Assembly (NCBI GenBank): GCA_049424145.1
Contig: JBMSSC010000074.1
Location: 1 to 13,408, forward strand
Origin: Bdellovibrionia bacterium
GTDB lineage: Bacteria > Bdellovibrionota > UBA1018
Length of the DNA: 13,408 bases
Direction of reading: 5' to 3'
Shown here: one piece after another, positions 1 to 7,816 of the stretch
Layout: each line of letters begins with the position of its first letter
Position numbering within the stretch: the stretch's first letter is position 1
The notes under the pieces: generated by a model
The model's database searches: none
Told to the model about the DNA's origin: nothing
Seen by the model: the letters and a program-made list of their open reading frames with translations, nothing else
Position numbers and translations under genes: made by a program

Positions 1-237
1 TCAGTGAGTTGATGCCGATTTGGCTAATGCTAATTGAGGCCACGTCTAATTTTTTTGTCCGCTGGTTTCGCTTGAGAAGTCTTTCTCTATTATTTAATTC
101 TTATCTTTTTTAGAATAAAAATCTACAAAAAAATATTTTTTACCTGAAGATAAGATCAAAATTTTTTTGAGAAATTTTTCATTTTTTAATAGAGTTCAAT
201 TGGGGATAGGCAATAAAGCCTAATAAAGGGGGAATTT

Positions 238-1131
238 GTGTCTCAATTGAAACAACATAAATGGATTTTTTTGTTCTCTTTTCTTGCTGCGCCGCTTGCA
301 ATTGCCAGTGACGGTTTAACGCTGGTTCAGAAACCCAGTGGGAGAGTGTCTCAAAACTCAACGATGACTGAGAAGCTTTCAAAGAAGATTTTACTCAATT
401 ATCTCGGAATTTATCGTGGTGCTTCGCTTCAAAATCTATCGAGCCCGAGTCAGCCTACGGTCTCAGGGGAGGAGGATCCGAGTAATCCACAGGTACTCGA
501 TAGCTTTCTGACCGTAGGATATAAATTAGAGGAGGACTGGGCGCTGGGAATGACGGGACACTTCAAGTATGCACTTGCCCAAGACCCACTGAGTTCCTCT
601 CAAAATTTAAGTCTTCTTGATCCAGTGCTGATGGTGCAAAAAAATCATCTCGTGAGTCAGGGAGGGTTCAATCTCAATGGGAAACTTACCCTGGAGCTTC
701 CCGTGAGCTCGGAGGACTCTCTGCAACATTATCACTTAGCAACAGCCGTGACTCCTACTATCATGGCAAGCTACACGGTACCTGAGACTTCATTGACTTT
801 GGGAGCTTTTACGTTCCTGAGAGCCTATGTTCCAGGCTCCGACGTCAGTGATGCAGCGATGACTTACCGCATCTTTATGGCCCCTCATCTGAATTATCAA
901 ATCACCCCAACTTTTGCAGCCACCCTCTGGGTCGATCTTTTAACGGCAACCCGGTATCGTGGGAGACCTTTTTTTACAGGAATGGAGGCTGAGACGATGG
1001 ATATTCAGCCTGGCTTCAATTGGGATATAACACGCTCCATTAGCCTCAATCCTGTGTTGAACATTTATCCAGCTCATCCTACGCTCTCCTCGACCTCGAT
1101 TGAGGCTTATTTGTCAATTAGAGCTCTTTAA
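238..1131 (+). CDS. Secreted hypothetical protein, probable outer-membrane beta-barrel (297 aa)
   Basis: GTG start preceded by G-rich SD (AAAGGGGGA). Signal-peptide-like N-terminus: KQHK, hydrophobic WIFLFSFLAAPL, A-I-A cleavage site. Mature part has many alternating amphipathic strands with aromatic ends (SFLTVGYKL, FNLNGKLTLELP, APHLNYQIT, IQPGFNWDIT, C-terminal IEAYLSIRAL). Family not recognised. Confidence 0.7.
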   Translation: MSQLKQHKWIFLFSFLAAPLAIASDGLTLVQKPSGRVSQNSTMTEKLSKKILLNYLGIYRGASLQNLSSPSQPTVSGEEDPSNPQVLDSFLTVGYKLEEDWALGMTGHFKYALAQDPLSSSQNLSLLDPVLMVQKNHLVSQGGFNLNGKLTLELPVSSEDSLQHYHLATAVTPTIMASYTVPETSLTLGAFTFLRAYVPGSDVSDAAMTYRIFMAPHLNYQITPTFAATLWVDLLTATRYRGRPFFTGMEAETMDIQPGFNWDITRSISLNPVLNIYPAHPTLSSTSIEAYLSIRAL

Positions 1132-2375
1132 TCTGGGATCAAAGAGGGACGATTTTTAGCCTCAATCCATCGAGAGAAGTACTTATCACTTCGCTGCAGG
1201 TGATAAGTGAGCATTGCTCCGGTGAAGTTATCACGGCGGTGTTGATTTAAGTTGTTTTGGATCTTCAGGAGTCTCTGCATCAAAAAAGAGGCCTGGGGCT
1301 CCTCACTGTAAAGTTGTCTTAAGATTTCAGAGCCGGCCTGTTGGGCTCTCTGCCAATCCGGTAAGCTCTCGTGCAGCTCAACGGCCTTTGTGGCAAAATC
1401 CTCGGGGTCATCGGAGATTGCGCCACCCCAAGGCAGCCCATCAGCCATACCTTGGGCCCCTAGCGAGGTGGTGACTACAGGGGTTCCTGACCACCAGCCG
1501 TCGGTGATTTTACCCTTAATCCCCGCTCCAAATCGCAGTGGTGCCAAATTGACTCGATACTGCGCTAACGTTTGATGCTGATCAGGCGTGAAGCCTGGAA
1601 TGAGAAAGCCTGTTTTTGGGTCATGAAGTGCCATGATTTCCTGAGGAGGATAGGCGCCATAGAGATGAACCTGAGCCTGGGGGAGCCTTTTGCGAATGGC
1701 AGGCCAGAGTTCTTTTTTGAGCCAAAAGACTCCATCAAAATTTGGAGCATGCCTGAAGTTCCCAATCATTGCGAAATGGATTCGGTTCTTAAACGGGAGT
1801 GTGGGTTTCATCTCGGGGTACTGGAAGCGATGTAAGTGCAGAAGTGCATCAGGGACATGAAAGCGGTTTTTCAAAAGATCCCTCTCAAAACTTGAAATAA
1901 TCAACGAGCAATCACTTCGGAAGAGGGAGGCGATTTCCCGAAAAACACTCTCCTCATGAAATTCAAATCGGGCCTGGGTGAGCTGCTCGAGGGGGGCTTG
2001 TTTTTTTAATTCCCGCTGCCTGATTCTTCTGAGGAAGTGAAGGTCTTGAGTGTCAATGATTCGGACTGCATGAGGACAAGCGTCCTGAACTCTCCATCCA
2101 AACTGTTCCTCTGAGATGAAGCGATCAAAGAACACAAAATCAGGTTGAACTTCCGTGAGGAGCTGATCAAAGGAGGAGTCATTGGTTCGAATGCACTGAG
2201 TCTGAATCCCATGCTCGTGCAGGGATCGCGTGTGATCGTTTTCTTTGGCTGCCGAGGTAAAGAGGATCTCCCACGGATTTTTCCGTAAGGTATTCAGTAA
2301 GTTGTAGGTTCTCAGGCCAGCGGCCGATGACTGGGGTTCAGGCCAGATGTATCCAATGAAAAGCGCTTTTGGCAT
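1128..2375 (-). CDS. Glycosyltransferase, GT-B fold, family 4-like (415 aa)
   Basis: N-terminal IGYIWPEPQSSAAG, central IDTQDLHFLR, and C-terminal nucleotide-sugar-binding domain MIGNFRHAPN...LAPLRFGAGIKGKI...GTPVVTT are typical of GT4 enzymes. SD AAGGAG lies 4 nt before the ATG. Confidence 0.88.
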   Translation of the reverse strand: MPKALFIGYIWPEPQSSAAGLRTYNLLNTLRKNPWEILFTSAAKENDHTRSLHEHGIQTQCIRTNDSSFDQLLTEVQPDFVFFDRFISEEQFGWRVQDACPHAVRIIDTQDLHFLRRIRQRELKKQAPLEQLTQARFEFHEESVFREIASLFRSDCSLIISSFERDLLKNRFHVPDALLHLHRFQYPEMKPTLPFKNRIHFAMIGNFRHAPNFDGVFWLKKELWPAIRKRLPQAQVHLYGAYPPQEIMALHDPKTGFLIPGFTPDQHQTLAQYRVNLAPLRFGAGIKGKITDGWWSGTPVVTTSLGAQGMADGLPWGGAISDDPEDFATKAVELHESLPDWQRAQQAGSEILRQLYSEEPQASFLMQRLLKIQNNLNQHRRDNFTGAMLTYHLQRSDKYFSRWIEAKNRPSLIPD

Positions 2376-2378
2376 GAG

Positions 2379-2405
2379 GCTCCTTTTTGAAGTCTGAAAA
2401 AGAGC
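2379..2405 (-). promoter_or_regulatory. Stem-loop occluding the Shine-Dalgarno of the glycosyltransferase gene
   Basis: mRNA 5'-GCUCUUUUU-CAGACUUCA-AAAAGGAGC-3' forms a 9-bp stem with one G-U pair. Its 3' arm contains AAGGAG and ends 3 nt before the AUG. Confidence 0.4.
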
Positions 2406-2432
2406 TGACCTTATTTTTTTTTCCTGATCCTT

Positions 2433-4826
2433 TCAAGCTGCTTTTGGATGAATGGGTTTTTGGGTTAACGAGGGGAGAGCAATGAGTAACGCTTCATCCA
2501 TCCGCTCGACGAAGGCGACCTGAATCCCCATTTGAATGGATTCACTGAGTTCATTGAAATCCGTTTTGTTTTCCAGTGGGAGGATCACGGAGGTGATCCC
2601 AATGCGTTTGGCCGCGAGTATTTTCTCCTTGATTCCGCCAACGGGGAGAATGAGTCCGCTCAGGGTGATTTCACCCGTCATGGCTAGATCCGCTCGACAG
2701 GGGGTCTGAGTGAGGGCTGAGACCATGGCCACCACCAGAGCAAGCCCGGCTGAGGGGCCATCTTTTGGAGTGGCTCCTGCTGGAACGTGAATGTGGAGAC
2801 CTCCTTTTTGAAGCAGAAAGGGTTGAATGTCCCACTTTTGGGCATGGGAGCTAATATAAGTCTGGGCAGCTTGAGCGGACTCCTTCATGACTTCCCCCAG
2901 CTGCCCCGTGAGTCGGAGCTCTTTGGTGTGAGGCAGATGGTGGGCCTCAATGTAAAGTATATCCCCTCCGGTGGGCGTCCAAGCCAGCGTGGTTGCCACT
3001 CCTGCAGGAAGCGCGTGACGCAATTTTTCAAATCGGAACTTCTCAGGCCCGAGTAGATCACCTAAAAGTTGAGTAGTAAGGACAACTGCTTCCGGATGAC
3101 CCTCTGCAAATCGGCGTGCAATTTTACTGGATAAGCGCCCCAGAATCCTCTCTAACTCACGGACGCCCGCCTCCCGAGTGTAGGTCTGCACAATCGATAA
3201 AAGCACCTCTGGGGGAATATGAAAGTCTTTGGGCTGAAGACCTGCCTCTTTGAGCCGCAGAGGAATGAGATACCGTTGGGCAATCGCAACCTTTTCCTCC
3301 TCACTGTAGCCTGAGAGTCGAATGATCTCCATTCGATCTAGTAGGGGAGGAGGAATCGTTTCCAATTGATTTGCTGTGGTCATGAAGAAAACGGGAGATA
3401 GGTTAAAGGGTAAATCCAGGTAATGATCACGGAATGCATAGTTCTGAGCCGGATCGAGGATTTCCAAAAGCGCTGCGGCCGGGTCTCCTCTAAAGTCTCG
3501 TCCAATCTTATCAATTTCATCGAGCATTAAGATCGGATTGTTTGACTGTGAGCGTCGGATAGCTTGTAAAATCCTTCCAGGCATAGCACCGACATAAGTT
3601 TTTCGATGGCCCCTGAGCTCTGCTTCGTCATGTAGTCCTCCTAAACTCATGCGTTCAAATTTTCGACCCATTGCACGGGCAATGGATTGCCCAAGTGAGG
3701 TTTTTCCGACTCCCGGGGGACCAACAAAACAGAGAATGGGGGGGCGAGCCTGGGGATTGAGCTTCATGACGGATAAATGCTCGAGGATCCGTTCTTTCAC
3801 CTCATCCAAGTCAAAGTGATCCTCATCTAAAACCTTTTTGGCTTGCGTTAAGTCCAAGTGATCCTGCGTTGATCGATTCCACGGCAACTCGGCAATGAAC
3901 TCCAGGTGCGCTCGAAGTATCTGAAAATCAGGGGCTGAGGGAGTGAGCCGCTCAAAGCGATTGAGTTCTTTTTCAATCTCAGTGTGGATTGGATCCGGGA
4001 TATTGGCCTCTTTTAATCGAGTCTTCAACTCTTCGATTTCAGATTTCTCAGTGCCTGACTCGCCCAACTCCTCTTGAATAGCCCGCAATTGTTGCCTCAG
4101 GAGGTATTCTTTTTGTTGCTTGCTGATTTCAGTTTGTGCATGGGATGTGATTTTTGCACGAAGCTCGAGGACCTCGAGTTCATTGAGTAGATCCGCATAT
4201 AACATCTTTAAGACGTGAAGTGTGGAGTCTGCCTCAAGGATCTTCTGTTCTTTCTCAATCCCTAAGTTTAAAATCGAACTGAGCATGTAAGCCAGTTGAA
4301 GAGCATCCGGCGTTTTCTCCATGAGTTGCTCAAGATTAACGCTCAGCTTCAATGGACTGAATTGAAAGATCTGCGTTGCAAGATCCACGATGGAGCGTTT
4401 GAGTGCCTCGACCTCTTGGTTTTCCTCAAAGCGAAAAGGCATGGGTGTCGATCGACCGATGAGATAAGGGGCGGTTTGTTCAAAATTTTTGAGTAAGACT
4501 CGCTCTAAGCCTTGAACCAAAAAGTCGATCCGGTCATCCGTGTGAGCGGCCTTTTTGATCACCACTTGAGTCCCCACATGAAAGAGATCATTGAATTCAG
4601 GGCTTTCAATGCTCGGGTCGCGCTGAGCAATGACGAGAAGCGTTTTGTTCTCATTGAGTAATGCAGCTTCCACGGCTTGAACCGATGCTATGCGCCCTGC
4701 AGACAGAGGGACAAAAAGAGATGGAAAGACTACAGTATTTTTGAGAGGGAGAATGGGAAGGATAAGATCCATCTCAGGTTGATTATGAGAATCAGAAGAG
4801 GAGGAAGAAGAGGTTAAATGAGTCAC
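2433..4826 (-). CDS. lon: ATP-dependent Lon protease (endopeptidase La, LonA type)
   Basis: LON N-domain (LPILPLKNTVVFP), Walker A GPPGVGKTS, Walker B LMLDEIDK, RGDPAAALLEILDP, LLDRME, YTREAGVR, protease domain HIHVPAGATPKDGPSAG (catalytic Ser) and GGIKEK (catalytic Lys). Start uncertain: GTG at 4826 or in-frame ATG at 4772. Confidence 0.98.
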   Translation of the reverse strand: MTHLTSSSSSSDSHNQPEMDLILPILPLKNTVVFPSLFVPLSAGRIASVQAVEAALLNENKTLLVIAQRDPSIESPEFNDLFHVGTQVVIKKAAHTDDRIDFLVQGLERVLLKNFEQTAPYLIGRSTPMPFRFEENQEVEALKRSIVDLATQIFQFSPLKLSVNLEQLMEKTPDALQLAYMLSSILNLGIEKEQKILEADSTLHVLKMLYADLLNELEVLELRAKITSHAQTEISKQQKEYLLRQQLRAIQEELGESGTEKSEIEELKTRLKEANIPDPIHTEIEKELNRFERLTPSAPDFQILRAHLEFIAELPWNRSTQDHLDLTQAKKVLDEDHFDLDEVKERILEHLSVMKLNPQARPPILCFVGPPGVGKTSLGQSIARAMGRKFERMSLGGLHDEAELRGHRKTYVGAMPGRILQAIRRSQSNNPILMLDEIDKIGRDFRGDPAAALLEILDPAQNYAFRDHYLDLPFNLSPVFFMTTANQLETIPPPLLDRMEIIRLSGYSEEEKVAIAQRYLIPLRLKEAGLQPKDFHIPPEVLLSIVQTYTREAGVRELERILGRLSSKIARRFAEGHPEAVVLTTQLLGDLLGPEKFRFEKLRHALPAGVATTLAWTPTGGDILYIEAHHLPHTKELRLTGQLGEVMKESAQAAQTYISSHAQKWDIQPFLLQKGGLHIHVPAGATPKDGPSAGLALVVAMVSALTQTPCRADLAMTGEITLSGLILPVGGIKEKILAAKRIGITSVILPLENKTDFNELSESIQMGIQVAFVERMDEALLIALPSLTQKPIHPKAA

Positions 4827-4999
4827 ATTGGTGGATTCTATGAAAGAGTTGTGCCGATCTGGCTTTCAAGCAGCCCATTTGGGAAGAGCCGCCGTGTGGG
4901 GGCCTCACCAGTTGAGATTGATGCAGCGATTTCTAAAGTTTCAGGGTAAGCTTTTCACAAGGCAGCTTATTGCCGGTTTGATTGTGATCTCTCGAAGGG

Positions 5000-5016
5000 G
5001 GAGAGGGGCCCTCTCT
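5000..5016 (+). promoter_or_regulatory. Hairpin over the RBS of the HEAT-HEPN gene
   Basis: GAGAGG (5001-5006) pairs with CCTCTC (5010-5015) around a 3-nt loop, extendable by G5000-U5016, immediately before ATG 5018. Confidence 0.35.
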
Positions 5017-5017
5017 G

Positions 5018-7816
5018 ATGGTTTCAAATTCTAAGCCTGTATTTCCTTCTCAGCAACTTCAATCGGATCAGTCTCCATTTGAGGCCTATCGGGACTATTA
5101 TTATTCCATCCATGAGGCTGATCGCTCGGAGGCCATTGAGTTTCTAGCAACCCTCGGAGAGCCCGAGGCGGCTCGAGAATTGATCCATATTTTCCACGAG
5201 TGTGAGTGGCGAACCACGCGATTTCAGGTGATCCAGGCTTTGGGCCGACTTCCGACGGAGCGGACCCTTGAGTTTTTGTTTCGGATTGCACGCGACACTG
5301 GGGATCTGCCCATGGCTGAAGCGGCTATTCGATCCTGTGGTCAATCCCAGAATCGTCTTGCAGCAGGGTTTCTCAAAAATTATTGGCGAAATGCTCCATC
5401 AACCCTTCGAGCCGCCATTGTCGGTGCTTTGGGCCAAATCCCGGATCGATCTTTGAGCGATGAGTTTTTAGCTGAGCTTCCCCAAGCAATCAAAGCCCAG
5501 CAAGTGGACTTGGTGAGAAATCTTGTTTTTAGCTTGGGTGAACTGAGGGTGTTTAAGAGTCTCAGTCCATTGATCGAGCTAGCAGCAACGACACCCATTT
5601 CTTCGCTCGCTCTTTGTGCCCTAGTCGCCATTGGGAAGTTGGCGTCGGATCCAAGCGTGCTGAAGGATTTAAGCAAGCGCTTTTCAAACGATGTGTTGGA
5701 TCTACAGATCTTTCGCAGCGTGCACGATCAGATTACGCTTCGCTCGCAATTCACCCTGGATCAAGCGATCCAAAGGATTGTTACCGCGGAGAGCTTTCAT
5801 CCCGTGAATGCCTATGAACTCCATCAGTTCGATGCTCTGCAAGTGAGGGAGAAGTTAAAACAGCTCGCTCAGTCATCATCCCCGGATCAGCGCAAGAAAG
5901 TTGCGCTGACTCTTGAAGAACTGAATTTTCCAGCCTTTCAAAGCGGGTCAGAAGAGTTCGGTGTGTCGATCAAGGAGGGGGATAAAACCCAGGACTCTGA
6001 AGATCAACGGGGAGAGAATCATTCCTCCGATCAGACGGAGGAGCTAGGCTCGCTCTTTTGGACTGACGCCATCCAGGGTCAAACCCTGAGCCTCAGTGCT
6101 GGGATTGCCCCCTTTAAAACAGTGGTGGAGCAGGGACAGTACCGTGCTCTTTCCATCGAAGAACGAGGGAAGCTGATTCATTCCCTCTATCTCTATGGTC
6201 TTTCCGTTCAGAGTGATTCCCAATTCCAATCAGAAATGAATCCGATTCTAGAGCAGCTCTTTGGGCAAGAGGAGTCGGATCTTCTTCAAGCCCGAATGAT
6301 TCGGGCTTTGGCAGTTTTAGGATTAAGATCAAAGAAGATCAATTCGTTTATTGGTCACCTGCTCGAGGACGTGCAGAAGGCTAACTCTTTAGCTTCGTTG
6401 GATAAGGGAAATCTAGGGAATCTCTTGAAGAGTGCACTTCAGTTTTTGGAGTGCAATCCAGAACCCGGGTTCTTAAAGAGTCTGATCCCCTTTGGCGTTG
6501 ACCTTCTGAGCTTCAAGAAGTGGGACGAGGCGACTCAAGTCGGTTTGGAAATCGCCTATTTTAAAGCCCTCTGCTCCTATCCTCAGATGAGTCAGACGCA
6601 GTGCTTAACTCTTTTGCCCTTTGTAAAAACGAGGCTAGAAAAAAAAGAGACCCATCGCGAGCTTATTCTCTGTCTTTTGAAGTGGATCCGGTCCGTTCCT
6701 CATCCCTCCCTTCTTCAGCCCGTTCTCAGTTGCTTAGGCCAGGGGTTTCGTCTTCAGCTCGCAGCAATCATCACCCTGAAGTCCTTTGCTTCAGAGCAAG
6801 CCGTGGAACCGGTGGCATCGTTTTTAACCTCTCCCTCTGCATCTCTTGCGGGCCGAGCCTTAGATACCCTCAGTTCACTGCCTGGAATTCGAGCCAAGCG
6901 GATCTTAATCGATCACCTGGCCGATCAGATCCAGGACCTTGAGGTTTGTGCGAAGGTGATCCGCAGCTTCCGCTTGCCTGAATCGGGATCCGAGTATTTT
7001 ATACAACTTCTTGACACCGTTCTTAAGGCGAATCCGGATCATCCGCTGATCGATGGGTTAATTCAAATGCGAGAAAAGCTGATGGAGAACCCTGCCGACC
7101 CCAGTGTTTTGAACCTGAGAAAGCCCTTTGGGCTCATTCAAATGACGGCAGATGTGGCTCTGTTGGATCAGGAGCTCAGAAAAAAGATCACTCACTATGA
7201 TTCCTATGATGAGTCGATTAAGTCCGTCTTACGGTCGGCAGAGTTGCCCTACTTGCACCGTGAAATTTTTGACCAGTATGTGGATAAAGGGTCCTCAGTG
7301 GTTGAGTATTGTAAGGCCGTGGATCTCTTTTTAGAAAAGACGTTGGGAAAGCGACGACTTTTTCCAAAGTTGGAGCACTCCTTGGTTGAGTTTCAAAACG
7401 TGATTCATGCCTATGGACTCCATTCAGAGGATCCTGGGGCCAGGTATGTCCTAAAGACGATGGATCTTGAGAAGTTTTTTGACCCCTCAAGCTTTCCCCT
7501 TCATAAGATGCTGGGGATTGCACAGGCCATTGGGTCCGGGCGTGTGCTCAATGATCATTTTAAGGTCATCGATGGGCTTCGGGCCTGGGCAGTAGTGGTT
7601 TTACTTTTTTGTCGGGGGCCGCATCGCTCTAAGCCGTTGATTCCCATGAAAAACCTCAAGGATGAGCAGCTGATCTCAATTGCAAAAAGAATGATTAAGC
7701 TTCAAGACATTCGAAATCCGATTGCTCATCGTCAAACCGTCATCGATTTTTCGACCTTGGATGAGGTCCGTGCTCAGGCCTTCTCCATCTTAAATTTTTT
7801 TGACGCCTTGGAATAG
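5018..7816 (+). CDS. HEAT/ARM-repeat protein with C-terminal putative HEPN domain (932 aa)
   Basis: Repeated helical units (RFQVIQALGRL, AEAAIRSCGQ, RAAIVGALGQI, RNLVFSLGEL, ALVAIGKL; later QLAAIITLKSF, AGRALDTLSSL). C-terminal helical domain has SVVEYCKAVDLFLE and LQDIRNPIAH (R899-x4-H904, nt 7712-7729). HEAT call is firm; HEPN call rests on motifs. Confidence 0.8.
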   Translation: MVSNSKPVFPSQQLQSDQSPFEAYRDYYYSIHEADRSEAIEFLATLGEPEAARELIHIFHECEWRTTRFQVIQALGRLPTERTLEFLFRIARDTGDLPMAEAAIRSCGQSQNRLAAGFLKNYWRNAPSTLRAAIVGALGQIPDRSLSDEFLAELPQAIKAQQVDLVRNLVFSLGELRVFKSLSPLIELAATTPISSLALCALVAIGKLASDPSVLKDLSKRFSNDVLDLQIFRSVHDQITLRSQFTLDQAIQRIVTAESFHPVNAYELHQFDALQVREKLKQLAQSSSPDQRKKVALTLEELNFPAFQSGSEEFGVSIKEGDKTQDSEDQRGENHSSDQTEELGSLFWTDAIQGQTLSLSAGIAPFKTVVEQGQYRALSIEERGKLIHSLYLYGLSVQSDSQFQSEMNPILEQLFGQEESDLLQARMIRALAVLGLRSKKINSFIGHLLEDVQKANSLASLDKGNLGNLLKSALQFLECNPEPGFLKSLIPFGVDLLSFKKWDEATQVGLEIAYFKALCSYPQMSQTQCLTLLPFVKTRLEKKETHRELILCLLKWIRSVPHPSLLQPVLSCLGQGFRLQLAAIITLKSFASEQAVEPVASFLTSPSASLAGRALDTLSSLPGIRAKRILIDHLADQIQDLEVCAKVIRSFRLPESGSEYFIQLLDTVLKANPDHPLIDGLIQMREKLMENPADPSVLNLRKPFGLIQMTADVALLDQELRKKITHYDSYDESIKSVLRSAELPYLHREIFDQYVDKGSSVVEYCKAVDLFLEKTLGKRRLFPKLEHSLVEFQNVIHAYGLHSEDPGARYVLKTMDLEKFFDPSSFPLHKMLGIAQAIGSGRVLNDHFKVIDGLRAWAVVVLLFCRGPHRSKPLIPMKNLKDEQLISIAKRMIKLQDIRNPIAHRQTVIDFSTLDEVRAQAFSILNFFDALE

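Noticed and set aside
14..21. GCCGATTT resembling a sigma28 -10 box
   Set aside because: The matching -35 would lie outside the window, so it cannot be supported.
179..382. 67-aa minus-strand ORF
   Set aside because: Antisense to the signal-peptide-bearing gene, with no homology cues.
1390..4496. Short ORFs of 61-89 aa inside the GT and lon genes
   Set aside because: Shadow or alternate frames fully inside well-supported genes, with no motifs.
4934..4974. TAAAGTTT (sigma28 -35-like) and GGCA-N6-TGCC (sigma54-like or palindrome)
   Set aside because: No GCCGATAA at the 11-nt spacing, and the GG-to-GC spacing is 9 rather than the required 10 on both strands.
4828..5034. 68-aa + strand ORF spanning the lon/HEAT-HEPN intergenic region
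   Set aside because: TTG start, no recognisable domain, and it occupies the space needed for two divergent promoters. Probably spurious, though not excluded as a leader ORF.
5031..7523. Short ORFs nested in the HEAT-HEPN gene, considered as possible antitoxins
   Set aside because: All lie within the 932-aa frame and show no antitoxin or nucleotidyltransferase (MNT) motifs.
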